Assembly: GCA_947625515.1 (NCBI GenBank)
Contig: CANQOO010000003.1
Location: forward strand, 35,240 to 99,239
DNA length: 64,000 nucleotides
Origin: an uncultured Clostridia bacterium
Lineage (GTDB): Bacteria > Bacillota > Clostridia > Christensenellales > UBA1242
Direction of reading: 5' to 3'
Position 1 is the stretch's first letter; each line of letters starts with the position of its first letter. Below the pieces are notes generated by a model. That model saw only the letters and a program-made list of their open reading frames with translations, made no database searches and had not been told where the DNA came from. This document shows, piece after piece, positions 41,321-51,245 of this stretch. The position numbers and the translations under genes are program-made.

Positions 41321-41513
41321 CCCTCCAATTTCTTTCATTGTAGCAAACTGCCGCTGTGTTTGTCAAGAGCAAATGTGCAAAGTGTCAAATTTTAGTTTTT
41401 TAAAATGGTGGCTGAGATTTTGGATATTATGCCGCTTTTGCCAAAAATTTTGCAAAATTGTTTTGAAATTTTTTCTTTTTAGTTTACAATGTGTTTGATA
41501 GGGCAAAAATCAT

Positions 41514-41942
41514 ATGATTGAAATTTGTTTTGTTTGCACGGGCAACACTTGCCGGTCGGTGATGGCGGAACGCATCGCAAAAAAAATGGCGAAAGCCCGC
41601 AAGATGAAAAATGTCAAATTTTCATCGGCAGGACTGTGTGCAACTGGCGAAAACATTTCCGAAAACGCCGCCAAAACGCTTAAACTTTTGGGCTATGATG
41701 GGCGAAATCGCAAAAGCGTAAAACTGAAAAAAGTCAAGCCGGATGTGCTGTATGTTGCGGTGACGGACGACCACAAACACCGAATTGGCTCCAAAAAATG
41801 CCTCAGTTTTGAGGACCTTGCAGGCAGCGTGGGCGACCCATATGGCCAGGACATGCAAGTTTATGAAAAATCGGCAAAACAAATTGAAAAAAACGTGTCA
41901 ATATTGTTGGACAAAATCGAAAATTTGAGAGGTGCAAAATGA
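41514..41942 (+). CDS. Low-molecular-weight protein Tyr/Arg phosphatase (YwlE-like)
   Basis: FVCTGNTCRS and DPYG; upstream of rpiB. Confidence 0.88.
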   Translation: MIEICFVCTGNTCRSVMAERIAKKMAKARKMKNVKFSSAGLCATGENISENAAKTLKLLGYDGRNRKSVKLKKVKPDVLYVAVTDDHKHRIGSKKCLSFEDLAGSVGDPYGQDMQVYEKSAKQIEKNVSILLDKIENLRGAK

Positions 41943-42370
41943 TTGTTATGGCAAGCGACCACCGCGGATATCTTTTGAAGGAAACGTTAAAGACTTTTTT
42001 CAATCAGCAGAACATCATCACGATTGACGTTGGGTCATATTCCAAAGAGCCGGTGGACTATCCGGATTTTGCCAAACTTGGCATTGAAAAGGTATTGGAG
42101 GACAAAAACAATGTCGGCATTTTCATTTGCGGCTCTGGCATCGGCATGAGCATGGTGGCAAATCGCAATCCAAAAATCCGTGCGGGACTTTGCATGAACA
42201 CCAAAATGGCAATGCTTTCTCGCAAAGATAACGACGCCAATGTGCTGTGCATGCCGGGGAATTTGCGAAAGAAAAAAGCAATCGCCATCGTCAAAACTTT
42301 CCTCACAACCTCGTTTGAGGGCGGCCGCCACGCAAGGCGTCTGAAAAAATTTTCGGGGGTGAGCAAGTGA
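41939..42370 (+). CDS. rpiB: Ribose-5-phosphate isomerase B
   Basis: SDHRG, VDYPD, CGSGIGMS..AN, FEGGRHARR. Confidence 0.93.
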   Translation: MIVMASDHRGYLLKETLKTFFNQQNIITIDVGSYSKEPVDYPDFAKLGIEKVLEDKNNVGIFICGSGIGMSMVANRNPKIRAGLCMNTKMAMLSRKDNDANVLCMPGNLRKKKAIAIVKTFLTTSFEGGRHARRLKKFSGVSK

Positions 42371-43203
42371 TAAATCTCATATTGCCCATTGTGGACGACC
42401 CGGACAAATATCTTCCATTCCTAGGCAGCCTTGCAGGCAAGGATGCTAAGGTTTTTGTCGGCATCCGCAAAGGGCTGACGCTCAATCTTGCTCAAAACGA
42501 CCAAAAGAATGAAAAATCCGGCAAACGCGGGCGAAAATCTGCCAAGTTTGAAAATGACAAGAAAGTTTTGGACATTGAAATTCACACTTTTTCCGAAACG
42601 GCAAAAATGGAAGAAATCATAAACTCGCTGCACAGCGTGAATATGCAGCGGGGCAAGGTGCTTGTCTGCCGCCGTCCGCTGACCGATGCGGAGTTTGAAA
42701 AACTGGCGTCATCCAGCAAAGACATTGTGGCGTTGAAGGCGAAACACTCAAAATTTGTTTCGTTCATGAAAAAAGCTGCCGAAAAAATTGTAAAGAGGTT
42801 CTTTGCGTTCACATTTTTTGAAGACATCTCCGCCATATGCTTTGGCGAAAATATGTTTGAGCTTATGTCCACCATCCGCGACCTTTCAATGGCAAGCCGC
42901 ATCAATCGTTTTGTTGGGCTGGACATAGAAGAGGTGGAAACGGCAGAAAGGCAGGTGAAAAAAGATTATTCTCGCTGGGGAAACATCTCTTTGTTTTTGT
43001 TGTGGACTTTTGTGCTTCTTGCAAGCGTGGCGGGCGGAGTGCTTGTGTGCGTGTTCACGCCGCTGCACGTGCTGACTGTGATTTTGGTAATTTTTTGGAT
43101 TTTCTTGGCACTGTTTTTGTGGTTTGTCGGGCTTGTCAACTTCACGCGGACTCTTGCCGTTGGAAATTTGAGATATGGCAGGGCGGAAGAAATGACTGCG
43201 TGA
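42367..43203 (+). CDS. Hypothetical protein with two C-terminal TM helices (possibly degenerate GT2-like)
   Basis: Overlaps the rpiB stop; starts INLILP; C-terminal hydrophobic hairpin. Confidence 0.65.
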   Translation: MINLILPIVDDPDKYLPFLGSLAGKDAKVFVGIRKGLTLNLAQNDQKNEKSGKRGRKSAKFENDKKVLDIEIHTFSETAKMEEIINSLHSVNMQRGKVLVCRRPLTDAEFEKLASSSKDIVALKAKHSKFVSFMKKAAEKIVKRFFAFTFFEDISAICFGENMFELMSTIRDLSMASRINRFVGLDIEEVETAERQVKKDYSRWGNISLFLLWTFVLLASVAGGVLVCVFTPLHVLTVILVIFWIFLALFLWFVGLVNFTRTLAVGNLRYGRAEEMTA

Positions 43204-43341
43204 AACAAATAGATTTGAGATAGATTTTCTTGGCACAAAATTTTTCAGGAAATTATCAAAAATTTAAGAAATTTTTAAAAAATGAATCAAAAAAAATCTA
43301 GAAAAAACGTGAAAAAATCATTAGAAACTTAGAAAAAATAG

Positions 43342-44424
<1,083 letters not shown>

Positions 44425-44465
44425 AAGCAAATTTTTGTGCGAAACAAAAAATCAAAGGATAAAAA

Positions 44466-45419
44466 ATGAAAAGTGAACTTAACCGTGCATTGGTTGAAAG
44501 TTTGAATGAAAGCAGCAATCAAACCTTTATTGAAAACGTGAAAAACACTGTTTTCAGTCTTGTTTCGTCTGCTGTGGAGAGTGTTTCGCAAAAAACTCCG
44601 TTTGTGTTGCCCGAAAAATGCGTGCTTATTCCCGTGAACGAGATTTGCACGGGGGCGGTCACACAACTTTCAGAGTTCAGTTTCTTTCTGGGCATTGAAA
44701 ACCCACAAATTGAAATGAACACCAAAACCGTGAAAAACTTTTGGAAATTTGCTTGGCGGGAGTTTCGTGCTTCGTGGCGGCTGGGAAGGAAGAAATATAA
44801 AAAAAGAAGAAAGGAGAATCCTCAGCCGGCACCGCAGACGATTGAAAAATATCAACTCTCAAATTTTCGGCACGACCTTGTTTTATGCATTGCGGATATG
44901 CTGTCACAAACGTCGCTCATCTATGAATATGACCGCCATTTTTCCATTGTAGGGCGGGAGGATTTTGGCACAAATGTGAAAATCAACATCTATGTCACTG
45001 CGTTCGACTCGCTTGAAAGCACTTTCAAACTCTACACTGCACGCCGCAACAAATTTTGCGACATCTCGTTCGGTTCGCGTTATGAAAATTTGGAATACAA
45101 GCAATCCGCATGCGGCACAATCTTCAACGACATGATTAAAATCTTCAACACGCTGTTCTGCAAGCGTTACAACGCCGTGTCAAACCAAATTTTGGTGGAA
45201 AGTTTGCTCTTCAACTGCCCAAATGTGCTTTTTGACGGCTCGGATGTGTTCAAGACGTTTGTCAATGTGGCGAACTATATCCGAATTGCTGCCCCAACAT
45301 CATTTGCATCAATCGCAAACACCGAAAACACTGTCTTTCAGGACAAATTGGTCGTTTCCACCGGTCAGCAGACGGAATACAGCAAAATCATTCGCATGCT
45401 GGACGAATTTAAGTTCTAA
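44466..45419 (+). CDS. Hypothetical protein, possibly degenerate nucleotidyltransferase (CD-NTase-like) fold
   Basis: 317-aa ORF; LVESLLFNCPNVLF segment resembles the CdnE-type C-terminal lobe. Confidence 0.6.
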   Translation: MKSELNRALVESLNESSNQTFIENVKNTVFSLVSSAVESVSQKTPFVLPEKCVLIPVNEICTGAVTQLSEFSFFLGIENPQIEMNTKTVKNFWKFAWREFRASWRLGRKKYKKRRKENPQPAPQTIEKYQLSNFRHDLVLCIADMLSQTSLIYEYDRHFSIVGREDFGTNVKINIYVTAFDSLESTFKLYTARRNKFCDISFGSRYENLEYKQSACGTIFNDMIKIFNTLFCKRYNAVSNQILVESLLFNCPNVLFDGSDVFKTFVNVANYIRIAAPTSFASIANTENTVFQDKLVVSTGQQTEYSKIIRMLDEFKF

Positions 45420-45489
45420 AATCTCGAAAATTATCCTATTCATTGCATATTTTCTCTCTTTCTGCCCAACCTAAGCATAGGAGGGGCAA

Positions 45490-45693
45490 ATGAAAGAAGT
45501 TTGGATGATTATGGGCTTTGGAGCAGGGCTTGTTGCTGGTGCACTTCTTTACAAACATTGCGACGACGCAAAAAAGCTTGTAAACAAGGGCGAAAAGGCG
45601 GTTAAGCAAGAGGTTGAAAACTTGAAAGAAACCGTAAAAGCACCACAAAAGGCAAAAAAGCAAGCGAAAAAGGCTCAACCAAAAACGAAATAA
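45490..45693 (+). CDS. Small protein with N-terminal hydrophobic helix and basic tail (YtxH-like)
   Basis: GGAGG RBS; MGFGAGLVAGALLY. Confidence 0.7.
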   Translation: MKEVWMIMGFGAGLVAGALLYKHCDDAKKLVNKGEKAVKQEVENLKETVKAPQKAKKQAKKAQPKTK

Positions 45694-45700
45694 ACAATCG

Positions 45701-45729
45701 AAAAAACACCAAGCAATTTGGTGTTTTTT
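45701..45729. terminator. Bidirectional terminator
   Basis: AAAAAACACCAA-GCAAT-TTGGTGTTTTTT between convergent genes. Confidence 0.85.
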
Positions 45730-45864
45730 ATTTTAAATTAATTTTTTTATTTTAATTTATTTTTCTAATATTTTTAATTTATTTTTCTAATATTTTTGTT
45801 ATATTTTTTTTATTCTATATTATTTTTAGTAATTAATTTTTTTGATTTATTTATTGTTTAAAAT

Positions 45865-47634
45865 TTATGCTGCCAAACTTTTTGCAACTGCTGTGAGGTT
45901 GAGGTGAAGGGCAGGGCGGACGGCACGAGAAAGGCTCACATGAGATTCATGCCATAATCCGCCGGACGCTCCCAGATCGCAGGCACCGAGAGAATCGTCC
46001 CAGTAGGCAGAGCGGAGCCAGGAATAGTTGAATGTAACGGAGTCATTATTTGAGCCAAACTTGCCTAAAACACTCTGATCCATATTCATAAGTTTTCTTT
46101 GATTGGTTGTTGTTTCCCAGATACCTATGTGGCTATTGTCATATCCTGTTTCGGTTAGGGATGGCAGCCAAAGATAATCATCTTTCCAAGCGTCATTGCC
46201 TTCTTGGCCAGCATAGTTGTATTTTCCATAAAAGCCATTTACAGTCGTTTCATTCCACCAGTTCTCATTTGCTAAGTCGTATTCATATGAAAGTTGATTT
46301 TTTGCACTTTGGCCATCTTTTTGCCATGAAACATGCTCTGGCGTCACAAAGAATTCTGTCAAGCCAGATTGTTCCATTGTGAAAAGTGCAAAGACATTAT
46401 TTTTGCTCTGTTCGGCTGTCGCTGTCTCAGTTCCAGATGTGGCATAGACTCCGCCGTTGTTAAGCATAACTGCTCTGATATAAGATGTTCCATACATATT
46501 GGTTGGATATTTCTCCATTTCGTGATCGGCAAGCCAGTTTGCTGACCAGTCGCTGTAAAGCGCACCATTTAAGAAACCATAATATTCGCCTTCATCTCTT
46601 TTTCTGCTTGACCAAACGTCTTGTTGGTTGTCCGCAAGCCAGAGGGTGAGGATGTCGTTTTCTTGGTCGTCTTGGGAAAGATAGACTGGCGTCCAAAAAA
46701 GTCCGCCCAGTTCAATGAGTATTTCCGCGTCATAACTATCTGCTAAGACGGAATAATCAATGTTAGAATAATCGGAGTTTTTCAATGCAGAATAATTTGC
46801 ATTTGCAGATGAATAGTTGCTTGCACTTGCGGCGTTCACTTTGTTGTAGTTTGCAATCATGTCCGTAGAGGTGGCTTTATTTTTTGCCAAGGTGTCAATT
46901 GCGGTCATGTTGGAAACATTGACATTCGCATCGCCAGAAATTTGTTGCAGAATTTTGTTCATGCTGTATGCATCAAAAGTTTTGGAAGATTCTTCAAACA
47001 GTTCCCCGATAGGTCTTTCCGCCAAACTGTCGAGGAAAATTGTGCATTCGCCGGTGCCTGTGGCGTTCTTGATTGGATTGGCAAGGGAGATTCGGATGCC
47101 AATGTCGAGGACAGATTTAACATTGCCTTGCGGGGTGACATAAAGATTTTTTAGGGACGACCTTGTGCAAAGGTATTGTGCCGTTGTCCCGTCCGTTGTG
47201 GTGCGGGTGGAGGAAGAATATTTGACTTGCAAGTTGGATGCAGTGTCAAACCCAGTCAGTTGCAATTTGACGCCAAAGCCGTCAGTGTCGCTGAGGTTTT
47301 GGATTGTGTAGTGAAATTCAACATATGCGTCCGGAGTTTTGAGGGTGATATCTGGCGTTTCCTTAAACTTCTGCTCTGTGCCGGTCGGTTCTCCGCCAGA
47401 AAATGTTAGGTCTTGCCCAAGGCTTGTTGCGTTTCCAGTGGCAGGGCCATCTCCACTGCCAGTCACATATTCGCCTGAGATAATTGCATGCACATTTCTT
47501 GCGGTGTAGGTGACATTGAACGATGCGTTCACATTTCCGCTAAGAGCCGCCCATGTTATTCCAACCGAGGCACCAACCACCACCAAGACCATGGCAAGGC
47601 TGCCAATGATTTTCCAAAATCTTTTCTTTTTCAT
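45865..47634 (-). CDS. Secreted/surface protein with C-terminal WLRS...VRPAL (C-type-lectin-like, DUF6273-like) domain
   Basis: Signal peptide MKKKRFWKIIGSLAMVLVVVGASVGITWAA; RBS GGAGGG; YLWLPS, SWLRSA and AVRPALHLNL motifs. Confidence 0.8.
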   Translation of the reverse strand: MKKKRFWKIIGSLAMVLVVVGASVGITWAALSGNVNASFNVTYTARNVHAIISGEYVTGSGDGPATGNATSLGQDLTFSGGEPTGTEQKFKETPDITLKTPDAYVEFHYTIQNLSDTDGFGVKLQLTGFDTASNLQVKYSSSTRTTTDGTTAQYLCTRSSLKNLYVTPQGNVKSVLDIGIRISLANPIKNATGTGECTIFLDSLAERPIGELFEESSKTFDAYSMNKILQQISGDANVNVSNMTAIDTLAKNKATSTDMIANYNKVNAASASNYSSANANYSALKNSDYSNIDYSVLADSYDAEILIELGGLFWTPVYLSQDDQENDILTLWLADNQQDVWSSRKRDEGEYYGFLNGALYSDWSANWLADHEMEKYPTNMYGTSYIRAVMLNNGGVYATSGTETATAEQSKNNVFALFTMEQSGLTEFFVTPEHVSWQKDGQSAKNQLSYEYDLANENWWNETTVNGFYGKYNYAGQEGNDAWKDDYLWLPSLTETGYDNSHIGIWETTTNQRKLMNMDQSVLGKFGSNNDSVTFNYSWLRSAYWDDSLGACDLGASGGLWHESHVSLSRAVRPALHLNLTAVAKSLAA

Positions 47635-47738
47635 GTTCCCTCCAAGTGCGTTTAAGGTTATCCACAATAGTATGAGAAAGTTTCTTCAAAAACAAAAAGA
47701 AATATCTCATATATATACTATGGCACATTATATTAAGC

Positions 47739-47770
47739 AGTATAGTTCGGGGGGGGGGGCTTTTTGTCAA
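47739..47770 (-). promoter_or_regulatory. Sigma-A promoter with a C11 homopolymer in the spacer (candidate phase-variable)
   Basis: Minus strand TTGACA-AAAAG-C11-GAAC-TATACT; spacer is currently 20 nt. Confidence 0.7.
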
Positions 47771-48039
47771 GCATTTTTTAAAAGTTTTTAAAAAAATTTA
47801 AAATTTTCCACATTTTTAAACCAAATTCTTTAAACTTATAGGTCAATCTTTCATTTTAGAGCCAAATTTTTCAACTATTAAGCCAATCTTTCATTTTTGA
47901 GTTACCAAAAATTTTATGCCTGACTTTCAACTCTAATCTTTTTGCCAAGTTTTCTAACTTTTCATTTTCTCAAGTTTTCTAACTTTTCTTTTTCTGCCAA
48001 GTTTTTCAATTTCTATGCCGCAGGTTCTTTTTTTTCAAC

Positions 48040-48062
48040 AAAAAAACAAGGGGCGACCTTGC
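48040..48062 (-). terminator. Terminator after the SRP RNA
   Basis: Minus strand CAAGG-TCGCC-CCTTG followed by a T-run. Confidence 0.6.
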
Positions 48063-48071
48063 TTTTCTGAT

Positions 48072-48338
48072 GCTGGGCGGATGCTTTGTTGCAAAATGAC
48101 CGACTGCCTTGAAAGTGCCAAACTCCACCAAAGCTTCCTTATGGCACATCAACTGGTTCCCTTAGTGATGCTTCCGTCAGGACCTGACACGATTCGGAAA
48201 GGCCGATTGCACAAGACCTTGATTTCATCGCCTGGAACTTTCACACATATTCAACCAAATTGCACCGAGGCAACTGTTCGACCCTGCTGTAGCGGATTGC
48301 AGGTGACAGGGCACCGCTATCTCCCCGTCTAGCCCAGT
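48072..48338 (-). ncRNA. ffs: Large bacterial SRP RNA (scRNA, with Alu domain)
   Basis: 5' CTGGGCTAGACGGGGAGATAGCGGTGCCCTGTCACCTGCAATCCGCTA; domain IV GTCAGGTCCTGACGGAAGCA; 3' GCCCAG pairs with the 5' end. Confidence 0.92.
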
Positions 48339-48344
48339 GTGAAT

Positions 48345-48373
48345 ATTATAAACAAATCCCATCCTTTTGTCAA
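48345..48373 (-). promoter_or_regulatory. Consensus sigma-A promoter of the SRP RNA
   Basis: Minus strand TTGACA-17-TATAAT. Confidence 0.85.
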
Positions 48374-48513
48374 GCAAATTCACCAAAAAACCTTGGCAAC
48401 ATGGCGACATGGCTTCTTGCCAGGCGGCTTCGACAAAAACGGCAAATTTGTGACAGATTTTCCTTCGCTTTGGGGCAAGGCGGTGCATAGATTTACATTG
48501 CAAGGAGTGCAAT

Positions 48514-49422
48514 ATGTTGGAGAAAATTTTGCCGGACAAGATGCATCGGATTTTGATGGAAAAGGTCAACATGAAGGCTGTCAACGAAATTCGCCTGCGT
48601 GCGGACAAGCCCGTTGGGGTGAACGTGAGCGGAAAGATGTTTTTCTTGTGCGAAAATGGCGTGACAAGCAACTTGAAACAGGCCCTCTATGCCAGCAAAA
48701 TAATGATTGAGGACGTGATTTTCCGTGCCAGTGAATGCTCCATCTATTCCGTGAACGAGCAAATTAAGAAGGGCTTCATTGTCACTGACGAGGGTGTGCG
48801 AATTGGCATAGGCGGAAATTTGGTGGACGAGAACGGGCATATCAAAACCATGACAAATTTCTGCTCTTGCAACATTCGCGTGCCACATGTGGTGAGAAAT
48901 TGCAGCCTGAGTGCATATCCGTTTTTGGTGGACGAGGACGGCGTGCAGAACACCCTGATTGTCAGTCCGCCCGGCTGCGGAAAAACCACTTTTTTGAGAG
49001 ATTTTGTTTCGCAACTTTCGCAAAGAGGGCTGCCATACAACATTCTTCTTTTGGACGAGCGTGGCGAACTGGACTGCGGCATCGACTCGGCTTTCACCGA
49101 CAAAATCGCTTTTTCCAGCAAGAAAATTGGCTTTGAAAATGGCATACGGTCACTCAGCCCCGACATCATCGTGACTGACGAATTGGGGCAGGAGGACGAC
49201 ATTGCCGCGGTGAGATATGCCTGCACGTGCGGCGTGCGACTGCTTGCATCCACTCACGCCGAAAGCATGGAAGTTTTCTGCAAAAAACCACTTTTTGAAC
49301 AAGTCTTGAAGGAAAAAATTTTCAAGCGATTTGTCCTTCTTTCCAAACGCAACGGACCCGGCACACTTGAAGGAATTTACAACGAAAATCTGTCTCGCGT
49401 ATATTTCCCAAACGGCAGATAA
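48514..49422 (+). CDS. spoIIIAA: Stage III sporulation ATPase AA
   Basis: EIRLR, GVRIGIGG, SPPGCGKTTFLRD, DERGE, RSLSPDIIVTDELG. Confidence 0.93.
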   Translation: MLEKILPDKMHRILMEKVNMKAVNEIRLRADKPVGVNVSGKMFFLCENGVTSNLKQALYASKIMIEDVIFRASECSIYSVNEQIKKGFIVTDEGVRIGIGGNLVDENGHIKTMTNFCSCNIRVPHVVRNCSLSAYPFLVDEDGVQNTLIVSPPGCGKTTFLRDFVSQLSQRGLPYNILLLDERGELDCGIDSAFTDKIAFSSKKIGFENGIRSLSPDIIVTDELGQEDDIAAVRYACTCGVRLLASTHAESMEVFCKKPLFEQVLKEKIFKRFVLLSKRNGPGTLEGIYNENLSRVYFPNGR

Positions 49423-49463
49423 ACACGCTAAAATAATTGCTTTTAATTAAAAAAATATTCAAC

Positions 49464-49625
49464 TTTAATTAACAAAAAATATTGAGATAAATTGACGAAA
49501 AAAAATTGCATCAAACTAGCAGAATTATTGACTTAAATTAACAAAAAAATAGAGATAAGTTGATAAAAATTTTGCATAAAACTAGCAAAAATTTTGACTT
49601 AAATTAACAAAAAAATATTGACTTA
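49464..49625. repeat. ~66-bp imperfect tandem repeat between spoIIIAA and AB
   Basis: TTAAATTAACAAAAAAAT..GAGATAA.TTGA..TTGCAT.AAACTAGCA unit about 2.3 times. Confidence 0.7.
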
Positions 49626-49761
49626 AAAATTAGCGAAAAAATTATTACATCAAATAAACAAAAAAAACAACTTTAAATTTTCGATAATTTTTAAAAAATT
49701 TTTACATTTAGTTAATAGCTTTAAGTTATCATTTAAAAAATTCTTAGTCTTGGAGGTGGCA

Positions 49762-50256
49762 GTGAAATATCTTTTAATTCTCTTTGTTTTTGTGATTTGT
49801 GTGGGCGTGGGCTATTTCTTTTCGACAAAATATATGAAGAGAAAAAAGTTTTTTGCTTCGCTTATTTCGCTGGCGGACAAACTGTCGCTGGAAATAAATT
49901 TCTCACGCGAGCGGCTGAAAGTTCTGCTGGAAAATTTTGATGCAAACTCCAAAAAACATTTGCTTGGCATTGATGAAAATTTCGTGCGATATCTTGACAG
50001 GAATTGCGAGTTGACCAACGACGAAATTTTCAAGAATGTCAATTGTCTTAAACCCGATGAGCGAGATTTGATTTTGCTTTTTTTCAAAACGTTGGGACGA
50101 AGCGACGTTGAAAATCAGACAAAAGAAATTCAGACGTTTGTCTCTCGCTTTGGTGAGATTAAGAAGAAGTGTGACGAAGAGCAAAAGAAATATGGCTCTC
50201 TCTCCATCAAACTGGGTGTCGTGGCGGGGCTTTTCTTTGCCATTGTGATGATTTGA
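49762..50256 (+). CDS. spoIIIAB: Stage III sporulation protein AB
   Basis: Operon position; LGRSDVENQ and KYGSLSIKLGVVAG. Confidence 0.85.
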   Translation: MKYLLILFVFVICVGVGYFFSTKYMKRKKFFASLISLADKLSLEINFSRERLKVLLENFDANSKKHLLGIDENFVRYLDRNCELTNDEIFKNVNCLKPDERDLILLFFKTLGRSDVENQTKEIQTFVSRFGEIKKKCDEEQKKYGSLSIKLGVVAGLFFAIVMI

Positions 50257-50426
50257 TTAAAAAAATTTTCCCGGCATTTTTCAAGAAATTTTTGCCATAT
50301 TTTTGTCGTAATTTTTACTAAATTTTTTAGATATTTTTGTCATAATTTTTACTGTAATCTTAGCCATATTTTTCAATATTTTTTTCTAAATTTTCAATTA
50401 TTTTGCATGAAGGGAGGTGATGCAAA

Positions 50427-50636
50427 TTGGAAGTTGAAATTATTTTCAAGATTGCTGCGATTGGCATCTTGACCGCGGTGGTTGGGCAAATTTTGCGGAA
50501 CAGCGGCAAGGAAGACATCTCCACGCTGGCGACACTTGCGGGCGTGGTGATTGTGCTGTTTATGGTGCTTTCCATGATTGGGGATTTGTTCTCTTCCATT
50601 CGCACCATGTTCAACTTTGCCGTTTCGTTCAGATAG
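50427..50636 (+). CDS. spoIIIAC: Stage III sporulation protein AC
   Basis: IIFKIAAIGILTAV..LRNSGKED..TLAG. Confidence 0.92.
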   Translation: MEVEIIFKIAAIGILTAVVGQILRNSGKEDISTLATLAGVVIVLFMVLSMIGDLFSSIRTMFNFAVSFR

Positions 50637-50852
50637 GTTGATGTAGATGAAGAATTGTTGCGAAAGTTGACGGTTGCCGAAATATTTTGCGTTAAAATTG
50701 CAAGAAAATTTTTGCATTTTATTTTCGCGAAACCTCGTCTTGAAAGGCTAGAAAATTTCTGAAAACGAACTGAAAAAGTTAAAAATTTTCTGAAAAACAA
50801 ACTCAAAAAGTTAGAAAATTTTTGAAAAACAAATTGAAAAAGGAGGGCGGAT

Positions 50853-51245
50853 GTGGACACTCTATACAAAATTTTGGCTATTGCCGTTGTGACGTGTGTG
50901 GCGTGTCTGATTGTCAAGCCCGTCAGAGCGGATTTCGCGGTCATCATTTCCATTGTGGGCGGGATTTTGATTGTCATTTTCATGCTCTCATACATTTGCG
51001 ATGTGTTTGAAGTTTTTCAGGGGATTTTTAAGACTTCGGGCATCAATTCTTCTCTCTATGCCATCATCTTCAAAATTATTGGTGTGGGATATTTGACGGA
51101 GTTCACCGCCAGCCTTTGCAATGACACTGGCAATCAAAGTTTGGGCGACAAGGTTTTGCTGGGCGGAAAAATCATCATTCTGGTCATGGCTCTTCCAATC
51201 GTGACCAGCATTTTGGACATCGTCATGCAGTTATTGCCAAAATGA
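50853..51245 (+). CDS. spoIIIAD: Stage III sporulation protein AD
   Basis: KIIGVGYLTEFTASLCNDTG and GKIIILVMALP. Confidence 0.92.
   Translation: MDTLYKILAIAVVTCVACLIVKPVRADFAVIISIVGGILIVIFMLSYICDVFEVFQGIFKTSGINSSLYAIIFKIIGVGYLTEFTASLCNDTGNQSLGDKVLLGGKIIILVMALPIVTSILDIVMQLLPK

Noticed and set aside
47658-47666. Perfect DnaA box TTATCCACA upstream of the surface-protein gene (another at 5370-5378 in cdsA)
   Set aside because: Isolated 9-mers are expected by chance at about this frequency; there is no cluster or origin context.
48015-48332. 105-aa plus-strand ORF, also considered as a DGR template repeat
   Set aside because: The region is the SRP RNA on the minus strand and shows no similarity to the candidate variable region.
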